Shown here: positions 36,928 through 48,295 of the stretch, piece by piece
Layout of the letters: each line of letters opens with the position of its first letter
Position numbering within the stretch: position 1 is the first letter of the stretch
Origin: Phormidesmis sp.
GTDB lineage: Bacteria; Cyanobacteriota; Cyanobacteriia; Leptolyngbyales; Leptolyngbyaceae
Assembly: GCA_965248535.1 (NCBI GenBank)
Contig: CBDFJR010000002.1
Location: forward strand, 1,216,001-1,280,000
Direction: 5' to 3'
DNA length: 64,000 nt
Made by a program: the position numbers and the translations under genes
The notes under the pieces: generated by a model
What the model was told of the DNA's origin: nothing
What the model saw: the letters and a program-made list of their open reading frames with translations, nothing else
Databases searched by the model: none

Positions 36928-39282
36928 TTAACCTGCTAATCGTCGCTCGATCGCGTCTTGCCAAGAGGCTTGCATCTCTGCGATCGTAGCGTCAATCAAC
37001 CAGAGATGGTTGGCTGTTGAGATCCGCAGCGATCGCCCTGCAACTTGACCAATTTTTTGCCAGTTTTGCCCCAGATGCTGACCTAAATAGACTTCCCAGT
37101 CTGCTTGCTGCTCTCTCGCCACCGACACAATAATCCGGGCACCGCCTTCAGCAAACAGCACCTGATCCCACCGATCAGGCTGTGCGTCGAAGGTGATTTC
37201 GGCTCCCTTTTGACCGCTCAGGCACGACTCGGCTAGGGCGATCGCCAATCCGCCTTCGGCACAATCATGGGCCGATTTAATCCAGCCCTGACGAATGCCA
37301 TCTCGACACACGGCTTGCACAATACGTTCTAGAGCAAAGTCGATCTGAGGAGGTTTTCCGGCGATCGTGCCGTGCAAAGTGGCCAGATATTCCGATGCGC
37401 CCAGCGTGACTGACTCAGAAGTGGTATCCAGTCCCAACCCCAGCAGATAAATCCCGTCGCCTTCGGTTTGCCAGCCCTGACCAGCGATGTGGTTGAGATC
37501 AGGAATCAGCCCCACCATGCCGATCACCGGAGTCGGATAAATGGGGGCAGGTTTGCCGTTACTATCCAGCGTTTCGTTATAAAGCGAGACATTGCCGCCC
37601 GTGACGGGGGTCGAAAACTCGGTGCAGGCTTCGGCGAGACCGCGACAGGCTTCGGCCAGTTGCCAATAGCCGATCGGGTTTTCGGGGCTGCCAAAGTTGA
37701 GATTATCGGTGACCGCGATCGGGTCTGCCCCCACGCAGCTTAGATTGCGGGCAGCTTCGGCCACGGCGGCTTTAGCTCCTTCATAGGGGTGAAGATAGAC
37801 ATAGCGGGCATTGCAGTCTACCGTCGCTGCTACCCCTTTGTGAAGCGCTGCCGGATCGGCCACAAACGCAGACGACGACGCATTGGCTAAGGGCCGAACT
37901 CGCACCACGGCGGCATCGGCTCCACCAGGCAGCATCACGGTGTTGTTTTGAACTTGATGATCATATTGACGATAGACCCAGCGCTTAGAAGCGATCGTGG
38001 GCGTATCCAACAATCTCAACAGCACTTGATTCCAGGTGAGAAACCCGCTATCGAGTTCAATGCCTTTTGCGTGGCAGGGGGGCAAGCGATCGCGGCTCCA
38101 TTCCCAGGCTTTTTTCGCATAGTCTGGTGGCTCTGCGAGTAGCTTGTGGTGATAGATTGGCGTGTTATCTGATAGCGCCGTTGCAGGAATTTCGGCCGCA
38201 ATTTCACCTTTAAAGAGGATTCTGACGATCGGGTCTGCAATCACCGTCCCAGCGACCACTGCCTGAAGTTCCCACCGTTTGAAAATGTCGATTAGTTCCT
38301 GTTCTCGCCCTTTGTGAGCTACAAACAGCATTCGTTCTTGAGATTCAGACAGCAGATATTCGTAGGGCACCATGCCCGTTTCTCGCGCCGGAATCAGATC
38401 CAAATCCAACTCAATGCCCACGCCGCCCTTGGCTGCCATCTCAGCGGTCGAACAGGTCAGCCCGGCCGCCCCCATGTCTTGAGCCGCCACAACTGCGCCC
38501 GTTTTAAACGCTTCTAGACACGCCTCAATTAAGGATTTTTCTAGAAAAGGGTCGCCGACTTGCACGGCCGGGCGATCGTCCATGGATTGATCGCTCAACT
38601 CGGCGCTGGCAAAACTGGCCCCGCCCATGCCGTCGCGTCCCGTTGTCGAGCCGACATAGAGAACCGGGTTGCCAATGCCTTTAGCCCCTGATTTGACGAT
38701 TTCTGTCGTCTCCATCAAGCCCAGCGCCATGACATTCACTAACGGGTTGCCAGAATAAGCAGGATCAAAATAAACTTCGCCGCCCACCGTGGGAACGCCG
38801 ACACAGTTGCCATAGTGAGAAATGCCAGCCACCACGCCTGTGAAGATGCGGCGGGTTTTGGCATCGTCTAGAGAGCCAAAGCGCAAGGAGTTGAGGAGAG
38901 CGATCGGGCGGGCCCCCATCGTAAAAATATCGCGCAGAATTCCGCCAACGCCTGTAGCAGCACCCTGAAAGGGTTCGACGGCTGAGGGGTGATTGTGCGA
39001 CTCGATCTTAAACGCAAGCTGCAACCCGTCGCCTAAATCGATAACTCCGGCATTTTCGCCCGGCCCAACAAGAATCTTTTCACCCTCGGTAGGAAACTGC
39101 TTGAGCAACGGACGCGAATTTTTATAGCAGCAGTGTTCTGACCACATGACCCCAAACATCCCTAGCTCGGCTTTGTTGGGGTGACGACCGAGCCGTTGCA
39201 CGATGTCTTGATATTCTTCAGGCTTAATGCCCTCAGCAGCAATCTCTTCGGCCGAAAAAGGAGCGGAGGCAATCACTGACAT
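36928..39282 (-). CDS. purL: Phosphoribosylformylglycinamidine synthase subunit PurL
   Basis: [31 protein letters not shown]. Confidence 0.97.
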   Translation of the reverse strand: MSVIASAPFSAEEIAAEGIKPEEYQDIVQRLGRHPNKAELGMFGVMWSEHCCYKNSRPLLKQFPTEGEKILVGPGENAGVIDLGDGLQLAFKIESHNHPSAVEPFQGAATGVGGILRDIFTMGARPIALLNSLRFGSLDDAKTRRIFTGVVAGISHYGNCVGVPTVGGEVYFDPAYSGNPLVNVMALGLMETTEIVKSGAKGIGNPVLYVGSTTGRDGMGGASFASAELSDQSMDDRPAVQVGDPFLEKSLIEACLEAFKTGAVVAAQDMGAAGLTCSTAEMAAKGGVGIELDLDLIPARETGMVPYEYLLSESQERMLFVAHKGREQELIDIFKRWELQAVVAGTVIADPIVRILFKGEIAAEIPATALSDNTPIYHHKLLAEPPDYAKKAWEWSRDRLPPCHAKGIELDSGFLTWNQVLLRLLDTPTIASKRWVYRQYDHQVQNNTVMLPGGADAAVVRVRPLANASSSAFVADPAALHKGVAATVDCNARYVYLHPYEGAKAAVAEAARNLSCVGADPIAVTDNLNFGSPENPIGYWQLAEACRGLAEACTEFSTPVTGGNVSLYNETLDSNGKPAPIYPTPVIGMVGLIPDLNHIAGQGWQTEGDGIYLLGLGLDTTSESVTLGASEYLATLHGTIAGKPPQIDFALERIVQAVCRDGIRQGWIKSAHDCAEGGLAIALAESCLSGQKGAEITFDAQPDRWDQVLFAEGGARIIVSVAREQQADWEVYLGQHLGQNWQKIGQVAGRSLRISTANHLWLIDATIAEMQASWQDAIERRLAG

Positions 39283-39475
39283 AGAATCCTGCACGATCGA
39301 GACAGGAGTTCATTCTATCGGTAATTTTGTTTGACTTTTGGTTAGAGCCACAATTTCTCTGGCGATCTGGTCACACTGTCCCATCACTTTACGCGATTGT
39401 TCTAGAAACATTGCTCAGTTAACATAGAGCATGATGTATTCTCAGGACATCTATAAAATTCTCCACCAAAAAATT

Positions 39476-39691
39476 ATGCTGGATGAAGCAACCCTTGAAC
39501 GTCGTTTGACAACGCTTGAACAAGAGGTCAACAAGCTGAAACGTCAAGCTGATGGAAACGTTCCTTCTAGCTACTGGCTCGACAAATTGATTGGCTCAAT
39601 CTCCGACGAATCTGCTTTTCTTGAAGCGTTGGAGTATGGACGCTCCTTCCGTGAAGCAGATAGACCCGTTGATGACTATGACGAAGCGTGA
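39476..39691 (+). CDS. Putative VapB-like antitoxin
   Basis: Small acidic ORF overlapping vapC by 4 nt; start at MLDEAT inferred. Confidence 0.75.
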   Translation: MLDEATLERRLTTLEQEVNKLKRQADGNVPSSYWLDKLIGSISDESAFLEALEYGRSFREADRPVDDYDEA

Positions 39692-40116
39692 AATACTTGC
39701 TCGACACTGACCACCTTAGTTTTCTACAACGACGCTCAAGCTTGGAGTTTTCAACCTTAACGGCTCGGATTTCCCAACACTCACCCGCAGATTTTGCTTT
39801 GTCTATAGTTAGCTTTCACGAGCAAGTTTTGGGTGCTCACACCTTTATTAGCCGTGCCCAAACAAAAGCTGACATCATGCGTGGATACAAATTACTACTA
39901 GAGACACTTCAGGGCTTTTCGATGGCTCCAGTGCTTCCTTTAACTGCTGAAGCGCTCGCAATTTTTGATGAATTCCGAGTTCAAAAGATTCGCGTATCGA
40001 CGATGGATTTACGAATAGCCGCGATCGCCCTCTCACAAAATTTAGTGCTGTTAACTCGAAACGTTAGCGATTTCAGCAAAGTGCCAGGACTAGCAACAGA
40101 GGATTGGACAATTTAA
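39688..40116 (+). CDS. vapC: VapC PIN-domain toxin
   Basis: YLLDTDH, SFHEQ, MDLRIAAIAL, LTRNVSDFSKV. Confidence 0.92.
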   Translation: MKYLLDTDHLSFLQRRSSLEFSTLTARISQHSPADFALSIVSFHEQVLGAHTFISRAQTKADIMRGYKLLLETLQGFSMAPVLPLTAEALAIFDEFRVQKIRVSTMDLRIAAIALSQNLVLLTRNVSDFSKVPGLATEDWTI

Positions 40117-40140
40117 TGTGATGAGCATTAAAAAAACTCA

Positions 40141-40806
40141 TCAGATGTTGAGCGATCGCTGATCTTGAATCCAACTCCGAAACACCGTCAGCGCTTGTGC
40201 CAACCCGATCTGATCGCTCTGAGCTAAAAACTCTACCACTCGTTTTGCAGGCAGCCAGGGAAACGTTGGACTCGTCAGACACTCCACATATTCGCCGTTT
40301 TGCAACTGATAAATCAGCAGATTGCCCTTGAGAACGTTGTCGCCGATCGTTGTCCAATATTGCCAAACTTCGGGCAATCCCAACGCCGCATAAATGCCCA
40401 ACTTATTTAAGGAACTCCTGGTAATCGCCACTTCCACGGCGAGATCGGGCGGAGGCGTTTGACTCAAGTCGAGTTCTGCTCGCTGAGAGAGCCGGATTTT
40501 CTCCGTCAGATAATAAGCTGAGTCGGGTTGAGCCACACACTCTAAATCAGCACGTTTGAGCAAAACTGACCCGATCGGGTTAATCTCCACCGCCATTTCA
40601 TCAGCCACTAAAAGAATCAGCGACTCGATCAACCGACTACAGCGATCGTGCTCTTCGAGGGGAGTCATCATCTCAAGCCTGCCCCGATCGTAGGTAAGCC
40701 GAGCCGTGCGCGTTTGCCCCAACTCATCTAGCAACGTCTCAAACTGCTGCCAACTGACTTTGGGTAACACAATTCTTTTTTCAGTTGGGGCAGGTTTTTT
40801 GGCCAT
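40141..40806 (-). CDS. Uma2-family endonuclease
   Basis: VSWQQFE, RLTYDRGRLEMMTP, QPDSAYY, PPDLAVEV, GLPEVW. Confidence 0.9.
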   Translation of the reverse strand: MAKKPAPTEKRIVLPKVSWQQFETLLDELGQTRTARLTYDRGRLEMMTPLEEHDRCSRLIESLILLVADEMAVEINPIGSVLLKRADLECVAQPDSAYYLTEKIRLSQRAELDLSQTPPPDLAVEVAITRSSLNKLGIYAALGLPEVWQYWTTIGDNVLKGNLLIYQLQNGEYVECLTSPTFPWLPAKRVVEFLAQSDQIGLAQALTVFRSWIQDQRSLNI

Positions 40807-40942
40807 CGAATCATCCGGTTACGGCTGCGTTTCTCATTTTACTGGGGTTAATCGCTTTCTAGAGTGTGAAGTTTTTCTAGCAGTAGACGCGATGGAGAGC
40901 GATCGCCCCGATAGGGTGATGGCAGCGTTTGATCTGTTCGTG

Positions 40943-41677
40943 ATGAGCCAAAACTTGCCTAAACAACCGTCTATTTTTTTGAAGCGAACTTGGCGAACCT
41001 TTTTCGCTCCTATTCTGATCGCCACAACGTTGCTAGGAGTTGGCTACTTTACGCCGCGAAGATGGGGAATGCCATCGCAAAATTGCCAAACTCAGCCCTT
41101 TAAAATCTATGTCGAAAGCGACTCAATGCACGTTAATCTGATTCTCCCGGTGCAGAATCAAGCCTTTGACTGGAGCCAGTTTCTAGACCTTGATCAGATT
41201 GGCAAAGACACCCAACAAAGCTATCGATATCTTAAATTTGGGTGGGGCGATCGTGACTTTTATATGAATACGCCAAGCTGGTCAGAGGTGAAACTTTCTA
41301 GCGTTCTCAGAAGCTTGTTTTTGCCCGGAAATCCTGCCGCTTTGTATGTAGAAGGCGATGCCCAATTGCCCCACGATCAGACCGCTGACCTGAAATGTGT
41401 GAGGGTTAGCCAAGACGATTATCTAAAATTGGTCGGCTTTATCAAGGCATCGTTTCAGCAAACGAGTCAGGGGCAGCCGATTCGCATTCAAGACTCAACG
41501 ATCGCCACGAGTGGATTTTATGAAGCCACCGGGCACTACTCCATTCTGCGAACCTGCAACACTTGGGCAGCCGATGGCTTAGACAGCGCCCACATTCAAA
41601 CTCCTCTCTGGTCAGGTCTCGCCTCTGCCGTGATCAGGCAGATCCCCAACCATTGCGAATGTAACACCATTCAGTAA
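40943..41677 (+). CDS. DUF2459 / TIGR02117 family protein
   Basis: HVNLILP, FGWGDRDFY, YSILRTCNTW; start reassigned. Confidence 0.8.
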   Translation: MSQNLPKQPSIFLKRTWRTFFAPILIATTLLGVGYFTPRRWGMPSQNCQTQPFKIYVESDSMHVNLILPVQNQAFDWSQFLDLDQIGKDTQQSYRYLKFGWGDRDFYMNTPSWSEVKLSSVLRSLFLPGNPAALYVEGDAQLPHDQTADLKCVRVSQDDYLKLVGFIKASFQQTSQGQPIRIQDSTIATSGFYEATGHYSILRTCNTWAADGLDSAHIQTPLWSGLASAVIRQIPNHCECNTIQ

Positions 41678-41780
41678 CAATGCCGGACTGCAATATAAGG
41701 TATGTTGAAAAACGGCACGGTATCTTTCAGCCAGCCTCAGAAGGATCTATTCTTCTGACTATCGACTCTACACATCGCCA

Positions 41781-43133
41781 ATGCGTTTCTCGAAAATTTT
41801 GATTGCCAATCGGGGGGAGATTGCCCTAAGAATTCTTCGCACCTGTGAAGAAATGGGGATCGCCACCGTTGCGGTTCACTCCACGATCGATCGCCACTCT
41901 CTCCATGTGCAGCTAGCCGACGAAGCGGTTTGCATTGGCGAACCTGTGAGCAGCAAGAGCTATCTCAACATTCCCAATATCATTGCGGCTGCGCTGACCC
42001 GCAACGCGATCGCCATTCATCCTGGCTATGGCTTTTTGGCAGAAAATGCGCGATTTGCAGAGATTTGCGCCGATCATCAAATCGTTTTTATTGGCCCGTC
42101 TCCTGACTCGATTCGCTCAATGGGTGACAAATCGACCGCTAAAAAAACCATGCAGCGGGTGGGCGTGCCCACGGTTCCCGGCAGTCAGGGCTTAGTGCAA
42201 GATGAAGACGAAGCGAGAGCGATCGCCCGATCGATGGGCTACCCCGTGATTATTAAAGCAACCGCTGGGGGCGGCGGGCGAGGAATGCGGCTGGTGACGG
42301 CCGACGAAGATCTCGGCAAACTCTACATGGCAGCCCAAGGAGAAGCCGAAGCTGCCTTTGGCAATGGTGGGGTCTACGTCGAGAAATATGTTCAAAATCC
42401 GCGTCACATTGAGTTTCAGATTTTGGCAGACAGCTACGGCAACGTGATTCATTTGGGTGAACGAGAGTGTTCGATTCAGCGTCGTCACCAAAAGCTGTTA
42501 GAAGAAGCGCCGAGTTCTGCCCTGACTCCAGAGTTGCGAGAAAAAATGGGCAGTGCCGCCGTGCTGGCCGCCAAGTCGATCAATTATGTCGGGGCAGGCA
42601 CCGTGGAATTTTTGCTGGATCAGTCCGGTGATTTCTACTTTATGGAGATGAACACTCGCATTCAGGTCGAGCACCCCGTGACCGAAATGATTACGGGCAT
42701 TGATCTAATCGCCGAGCAGATTCGCATTGCTCAGGGCGAAGCACTCAGCTTGACTCAAGATCAAGTCGTGTTGCGGGGGCACTCGATCGAGTGTCGCGTC
42801 AACGCCGAAGACCCCGATTTCAACTTCCGCCCCAGCCCCGGACGGATTAGCGGCTATCTGCCGCCGAGCGGCCCCGGTGTGCGAATGGATTCCCACGTCT
42901 ACACGGATTATGAAATCCCGCCTTATTATGACTCGCTGATCGGCAAACTGATTGTCTGGGCCAGCGATCGCCCCTCAGCCATCCGCCGCATGAAGCGGGC
43001 ACTACGAGAATGCGCCATTACAGGGTTGCCGACAACGATCGCATTTCACCAGCGCATTCTCGATACGCCGGAGTTTCTCAGAGGCGAAATCTACACAAAC
43101 TTTGTCGAAAAAGTGATGATGCCCAAAAACTAG
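41781..43133 (+). CDS. accC: Acetyl-CoA carboxylase biotin carboxylase
   Basis: [45 protein letters not shown]. Confidence 0.97.
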   Translation: MRFSKILIANRGEIALRILRTCEEMGIATVAVHSTIDRHSLHVQLADEAVCIGEPVSSKSYLNIPNIIAAALTRNAIAIHPGYGFLAENARFAEICADHQIVFIGPSPDSIRSMGDKSTAKKTMQRVGVPTVPGSQGLVQDEDEARAIARSMGYPVIIKATAGGGGRGMRLVTADEDLGKLYMAAQGEAEAAFGNGGVYVEKYVQNPRHIEFQILADSYGNVIHLGERECSIQRRHQKLLEEAPSSALTPELREKMGSAAVLAAKSINYVGAGTVEFLLDQSGDFYFMEMNTRIQVEHPVTEMITGIDLIAEQIRIAQGEALSLTQDQVVLRGHSIECRVNAEDPDFNFRPSPGRISGYLPPSGPGVRMDSHVYTDYEIPPYYDSLIGKLIVWASDRPSAIRRMKRALRECAITGLPTTIAFHQRILDTPEFLRGEIYTNFVEKVMMPKN

Positions 43134-43417
43134 TTGAGCATCATCGTCAATAGCCCTTGTTGCCCCAGCAAAATCTCGCGGGCTAGGCTAAATAGCCCGA
43201 CCCAAACGATCGGGGTAATATCGACTCCACCCACGGGGGCAATCAGCTTTCTCGTCACGACCAAAAAAGGCTCCGTCGGAATCGCCACCAGACTAAAGGG
43301 AAATTTGTTGAGCGCCACTTGGGGATACCAGGTGAGCACGATGCGAATGATAAACAGAAAAATCATTAGACCGAGCAAGATGCTCAATGTCAACGAGACA
43401 ACTGGAGGAGAAATCAT
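43130..43417 (-). CDS. YggT family protein
   Basis: [21 protein letters not shown]. Confidence 0.9.
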   Translation of the reverse strand: MISPPVVSLTLSILLGLMIFLFIIRIVLTWYPQVALNKFPFSLVAIPTEPFLVVTRKLIAPVGGVDITPIVWVGLFSLAREILLGQQGLLTMMLN

Positions 43418-43612
43418 GAGGCGTTCGATTAAAAGTTTGAAGCTTTGTAAATAAATGCTAGCTAATCCTCATTTTAGCGGTCACAGGCTCTCAATTGAAC
43501 GGCAAAATTTTGGGCGATCGCGATTCCCTATCTCCAGCATCTATGCAACTGTGTGACAAACCCTTAAAATTATGAACACATCGCTTGTTGTAGATAGAGG
43601 ACTTTGAGACTC

Positions 43613-43732
43613 ATGACACCTTCTTTAACAAATTTCTTGTTGAGCTTGCTGGCAGGTGCTGTGGTTGTGCTAGTTCCGGCCACGATCGGGCTGGTCTTCA
43701 TTAGCCAAAAAGATAAAATTCAGCGCTCTTAA
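43613..43732 (+). CDS. psbX: Photosystem II protein PsbX (not in ORF track)
   Basis: [39 protein letters not shown]; yggT-psbX-ycf66 synteny. Confidence 0.95.
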   Translation: MTPSLTNFLLSLLAGAVVVLVPATIGLVFISQKDKIQRS

Positions 43733-43989
43733 GGGCAGGCATTCATTGCCCAACCCTTTTGGGGTCACCGCAAAGTGCCCGCAATTTTCTAAAACCTTGG
43801 TTCTAGCAAAGCAGTGGCTAATATTGGGTCACGATCGCCGCTAAAACTAAGGTTTTTGACTGGATGGGCAAAATCTAGGCTTCAATAAAGCATGAGCAAG
43901 CAATTAAGTCAGTTGGGGCAGTTTGTGCTGGTTAGAATGGAGATCTTAGGCATAACTCGCTACCATAGGACTTACCTAGGAGACAGGGA

Positions 43990-44751
43990 ATGGTTAACTT
44001 TCAGTTCAATCTAGCGAGTATTTCCGGGATTATTCTGGCGGTCGGCGGGGCCGGGCTTTATGCCGTCCGATCGTTCCGTCCTGAGTTATCTAGAGATTCC
44101 GATATTTTCTTTTCGGCCGTCGGGCTGCTGTGCGGCTTAATTCTAATTTTTTATGGCTGGCGCTTTGACCCGATTATGCAGTTTGGTCAAGTGCTGCTGA
44201 CCAGCGCTTCGATCTTTTTCGTGCTCGAAAACTTGCGCCTTCGCAAAGTCTCAACCGAGCAGGCCAAACGCAACACCCCGATCGTAGATTCCGATCGTCC
44301 GGTTAGCTCTCGCTATCGTCAAAGCGCTGAGTTTGAAGACCAAGACGTGATCGAAGATCGGGTGCGTCGTCCTCGCATTCAGGGCACGAGAGATGCGCGG
44401 CAACCTCGCGATGACTATGACGATCGCTCCGGTCGTCGCCCGGCAAGTCGGACTCGCGACGAGCGGCTAAACCCGGCAGATAAAACCCGCAAACCTCGGT
44501 CTCGTCCCGACTATCCAGTGATTGACGCGACGGTTGACTCTGATGAGTTTGACGATCGCGCCCGCAACCGCAATGCAGCGCCACGATCGGGCAATCCCTC
44601 TCAAGGGTCTTCTAGACCGAGACGACCTCGCCCCACTGATGAAGAAGCCACCAACCGCCGCAGAAATGCTGAAGAGCCGCCCTCTGATTATGTTGACTAT
44701 CGTCCGGTTGAGCCAAATGACAACGAGAATGATAACTGGGGGGAGTCTTAA
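43990..44751 (+). CDS. ycf66: Ycf66 family protein
   Basis: RPELSRDSDIFF, GWRFDPIMQFGQ; R/D-rich tail. Confidence 0.92.
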   Translation: MVNFQFNLASISGIILAVGGAGLYAVRSFRPELSRDSDIFFSAVGLLCGLILIFYGWRFDPIMQFGQVLLTSASIFFVLENLRLRKVSTEQAKRNTPIVDSDRPVSSRYRQSAEFEDQDVIEDRVRRPRIQGTRDARQPRDDYDDRSGRRPASRTRDERLNPADKTRKPRSRPDYPVIDATVDSDEFDDRARNRNAAPRSGNPSQGSSRPRRPRPTDEEATNRRRNAEEPPSDYVDYRPVEPNDNENDNWGES

Positions 44752-44818
44752 CCTTCTGGTTTGAGCTAGATCGCGGCGATCGTAGATCTCACCTGTCTTA
44801 ATCCCTCCAGGACTTCTT

Positions 44819-45433
44819 GTGATCAGAGAAGTGGGAGGGATTTGTTATGAAATGGCTTTAAAAAAGAGCAGAGACAATGTGAAAAGTGTGGCGGGTTCGA
44901 GGATTAATTTAATGACTCGGCTGGTACTAGTAGGTTCGTTAGCAGCGTGCAGTCCGACCGGAGTTCCGATGGGGTCAACCTCGCTCAACAGTCGCCAAAA
45001 CGACGAGCAACCTGCTCTAAGTGGCGATGGGCGCATTTTGGCATTTGTGTCGAGCCGTGAAGGAAGCCGCAACATTTTGCTCTATAACTTAGAACAGCAA
45101 CAGTTTATTAACCTCGAACGTCTCAATCGCCCCAATGCGATCGCTGAAAATCCCAGTCTTAGCTATACGGGACGCTATCTGGCTTATGTCGCCAGCGATC
45201 GCGGCATTCCTGAAATTAGGCTTTACGATCGGGCCACTCAGCAGTCGCAGGTGTTAATGTCTGCCTACCAGGGTTGGCTGCGCCGCCCCAGCATCAGCCC
45301 CGACGGGCGCTATGTCACTTTTGAAAGCAGCACTCGCGGACAGTGGGATATCGAAGTGCTCGATCGCGGTGCTTTTGTGGAGCTAGACATTCCCAACGAT
45401 CGTCCCAATCTCTCGCCCACTACTGCCCCTTGA
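44819..45433 (+). CDS. Small TolB/PD40-repeat lipoprotein (true start probably downstream, e.g. 44912)
   Basis: LAAC lipobox; PALSGDGR, PSLSYTGR, PSISPDGR repeats. Confidence 0.8.
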   Translation: MIREVGGICYEMALKKSRDNVKSVAGSRINLMTRLVLVGSLAACSPTGVPMGSTSLNSRQNDEQPALSGDGRILAFVSSREGSRNILLYNLEQQQFINLERLNRPNAIAENPSLSYTGRYLAYVASDRGIPEIRLYDRATQQSQVLMSAYQGWLRRPSISPDGRYVTFESSTRGQWDIEVLDRGAFVELDIPNDRPNLSPTTAP

Positions 45434-45442
45434 TGAGTTTTT

Positions 45443-45967
45443 GTGTCTAAGCGCGTTGTTTTTTTTGGGTGGGTTACGATCGCCGCACTGCTGAATAGCT
45501 GCGGGGGCCCAACGTTGCTGCCGTTTCCCTTTGATCCCGGTGGGCGCAGTCTCAACAGTCCCTTTTCAGACCTATCACCGCGCATGGCAGGGCGATTTAT
45601 TGTGTTTGCGTCCGATCGCCGCGGCACTCAAGATATCTATCTCTACGACACGGTTGAGCAGCGTTTGTTAAATCTGCCGGGACTCAATTCTCTAGATCTG
45701 ATGGCCTCCAGTCCAGGGGTATCAGACGACGGGCGATTTATCGTGTTTGCAGGCAGTCGCCAGGGAATCACCGGAATTTATTTGTACGATCGTGACTTTC
45801 GTCAGTTGCGTAACCTGACCGAAAATATCCGAGCAGAAGTCAGAAACCCCACCATCAGCGCCAACGGAGCCACGATCGCCTTTGAGTCAAACGCCAGAGG
45901 GCAATGGGATATCTTGCTCTATAGCCGAGCCGGACAGCCGCTAGCCATACCAACCGATCCCCGCTAG
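45443..45967 (+). CDS. Small TolB/PD40-repeat lipoprotein (paralog)
   Basis: LNSC lipobox; GRFIVFASDR, PGVSDDGR, PTISANG repeats. Confidence 0.8.
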   Translation: MSKRVVFFGWVTIAALLNSCGGPTLLPFPFDPGGRSLNSPFSDLSPRMAGRFIVFASDRRGTQDIYLYDTVEQRLLNLPGLNSLDLMASSPGVSDDGRFIVFAGSRQGITGIYLYDRDFRQLRNLTENIRAEVRNPTISANGATIAFESNARGQWDILLYSRAGQPLAIPTDPR

Positions 45968-45972
45968 GAGGG

Positions 45973-46086
45973 GCATGGCATCGCCGTGCCCCGTATCCAT
46001 GCCAACAACCGACACTATTTAATCGCCTTCGGAGGTGGCTTTTTTTGCATGGCATCGCCGTGCCCCGCATCCATGCCAGCAACCGA
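45973..46086. repeat. Two 40-bp direct copies (45973-46012, 46047-46086) of a REP-like palindromic repeat flanking a terminator-like hairpin
   Basis: GCATGGCATCGCCGTGCCCCG(T/C)ATCCATGCCA(A/G)CAACCGA; between them TCGCCTTCGGAGGTGG plus T7. Confidence 0.85.
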
Positions 46087-46103
46087 GATCATATCTCCGC
46101 TCT

Positions 46104-46289
46104 CTAGCGCAGCCCCAGCCAGCTAAAGAAGTCTTGACGAGTAAAAAATTCTAACGCCAACAAACTGACAAAGCCAATCATGGCAAAGCGCCCGTTGACT
46201 TGCTCTGCATAAGCCGTCCATCCAAAACCAGGTTGGGGCTGATTTGAGGGTTCTACGATCGTTTCTGGGGTGGGAGGTTGAGAAGTCAT
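46104..46289 (-). CDS. hli: High-light-inducible protein (HLIP)
   Basis: [19 protein letters not shown] chlorophyll-binding motif. Confidence 0.93.
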   Translation of the reverse strand: MTSQPPTPETIVEPSNQPQPGFGWTAYAEQVNGRFAMIGFVSLLALEFFTRQDFFSWLGLR

Positions 46290-46340
46290 GATGAGTCGTT
46301 AAAAACGTTAACTGAGCAAAAGTCTGGGCAAGCAATGCCC

Positions 46341-47333
46341 TTAATGAGAAGACTGGACGGATTCGATCAGCGATCGTACCTGCTTTGTCCCTTCAGACGG
46401 CTCGAATTTTGTCGGAAACTTGCCGCGACCGAGCATTCGCACGCCCAATGGCACCAAGCTCATCAGTCCCCTCACATCTTTAAGGCTGTTGCCCACCACC
46501 TGCAAGCCAAACTGCCGCTCATCGATCCAGCCACCTTGTTTGACTAAATCAATCAGGGTTTTACGGTGACGAATCGATCGGCTTATGGGTTGATCATTAC
46601 GCGCTAGAATCTGGCTCTTGATTTTGCCAATTTGATCCATCGGCGCAACTTCCATCGGGCACACACTGTTGCAAAAATAGCAGCGAGTGCAGCCCCAAAC
46701 CCCCTCAGTGCCTTGATTATATTTTTCAAGGCGGGCATCGGTCTGGTCATCGCGAGAGTCTGCCACCATGCGATAAGCCTTGGCTAGGGCGTGGGGGCCG
46801 ACAAACTCAGGGTTGACCTCACGAGCATTGCACTCAGAATAACAAGCCCCGCACATGATGCAGTTTCCAGTTTGGTTAAGCTGCGATCGCTCGGCTGGCG
46901 TTTGCAAAAACTCTCGCTCTGGCACCTGTCGCGCCGCCGTGCTCACATAGGGATCGACCGCTTTAAGATTGGCCCAAAAGCCCTTCATATCGACGACCAA
47001 ATCTTTAATCACAGGCATATTGCCCATCGGCGCGATCGTGATTTCTGGAGCGTGATCGGGCGCTGAAAGCGTTGAACTTGCCGAAAACCGAGCGATTTCG
47101 CTGCCTACATTTTCTTTGCAAGCTAGCGTCGATCGACCATTAATTCGCATTGAGCAACTGCCGCAAATAGTGTTGCGACAATTTTTCCTAAAGGCCAGCG
47201 TGCCGTCTTGCTGCCATTTAATTTGATTGAGACAATCTAGAATCGTAGCGCTTGATTCTACGTCGAGCCGATAAGACTCAATTTTTGGTGAAGAGTTTTG
47301 GTCTTGACGAACAATCTTAAAAACAACTTGCAT
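46341..47333 (-). CDS. sdhB: Succinate dehydrogenase iron-sulfur subunit
   Basis: CRNTICGSC, CIMCGACYSEC, CTRCYFCNSVCP. Confidence 0.95.
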   Translation of the reverse strand: MQVVFKIVRQDQNSSPKIESYRLDVESSATILDCLNQIKWQQDGTLAFRKNCRNTICGSCSMRINGRSTLACKENVGSEIARFSASSTLSAPDHAPEITIAPMGNMPVIKDLVVDMKGFWANLKAVDPYVSTAARQVPEREFLQTPAERSQLNQTGNCIMCGACYSECNAREVNPEFVGPHALAKAYRMVADSRDDQTDARLEKYNQGTEGVWGCTRCYFCNSVCPMEVAPMDQIGKIKSQILARNDQPISRSIRHRKTLIDLVKQGGWIDERQFGLQVVGNSLKDVRGLMSLVPLGVRMLGRGKFPTKFEPSEGTKQVRSLIESVQSSH

Positions 47334-47824
47334 TCTAGAAACCAAAAAACTGCAACTTTAAGGGTCTGAGCAATGGAGAGCTAGGGCAACTTTAACGCCA
47401 AGAAAACCCCATTTGAAGAATCAGCAACTTTTAAGGTGAATAGTTTGTTACAAAAAGAGTTGGCTCTCGACGGGCAATCTCTGCATCGATCTTGACCCAA
47501 AAATAGCGCTCACCCCAGACTTTAGTCTAGCATTTTGCTCAAATTGTTCTGAGCAATTTGAACAAGTCAGACGGGATGCTGCTGACAGATGCACACAATT
47601 AAGCGTTAGCAGCGAGGGGCTTGAGCCATTTTTTTGCAAGCGTTGATGAAATATCAGCCAATCTCATCAGGCTTGATCGAGAAAAGATGATTGAAGTGAT
47701 GAATAGTGAATTATTTAAACAAAAATGTTGTGCAGATAGAGCAGATTAGAGATATATTTTATTAGGTCAAACATTCAACATTGACTCTTTACCATTTCAG
47801 AAATCTAGGGATATTCTGTAGCAG

Positions 47825-48238
47825 ATGACTGAAACTGCAACTGCCCCTTTAACCGGGAAGGCGTTACTTCAAAAAGTAAAAGAGCTGTCACATTTGCCGC
47901 GCCGAGAAACTGCAAAGCGATGTGGCTATTACACCGTCACTAAGAATAGTCAAACTCGCGTTAACCTGACAGATTTCTATGATGCTTTGCTGGTCGCCAG
48001 AGGGGTTCCTCTCAGTCCAGAGGGGTCAAAAGATGGTCGTGGGCGAGAACCGACCTATCGAGTCAGTGTGCATCAAAATGGTCAGATTGTGATTGGGGCA
48101 GCCTACACTAAAGCGATGGGCTTAAAGCCTGGAGATGAGTTTGAAATTAAGCTGGGTTACAAACATATTCACTTGATTCAGATAGATGCTGATAAGAGTG
48201 ATCAAAACGGTTCCAACGCAGACGAAGTAGAGGAATAA
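47825..48238 (+). CDS. Cyanobacterial AbrB-like regulator (cyAbrB)
   Basis: LTGKALLQKV, GRGREPTYRVSV, GDEFEIKLGYKHIHL. Confidence 0.93.
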   Translation: MTETATAPLTGKALLQKVKELSHLPRRETAKRCGYYTVTKNSQTRVNLTDFYDALLVARGVPLSPEGSKDGRGREPTYRVSVHQNGQIVIGAAYTKAMGLKPGDEFEIKLGYKHIHLIQIDADKSDQNGSNADEVEE

Positions 48239-48295
48239 CCTCTCTAAAAAGGCGATCGCCATCGCTGGAAAAGACTTCATTTTCTAATTTGTTTT

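Noticed and set aside
45973..46086. Repeat-spacer-repeat resembling CRISPR (40-bp repeats, 34-bp spacer)
   Set aside because: Only two units; the repeat matches a common GGCA..GCCGTGCCC REP-like palindrome and the spacer looks like a terminator; no cas genes.
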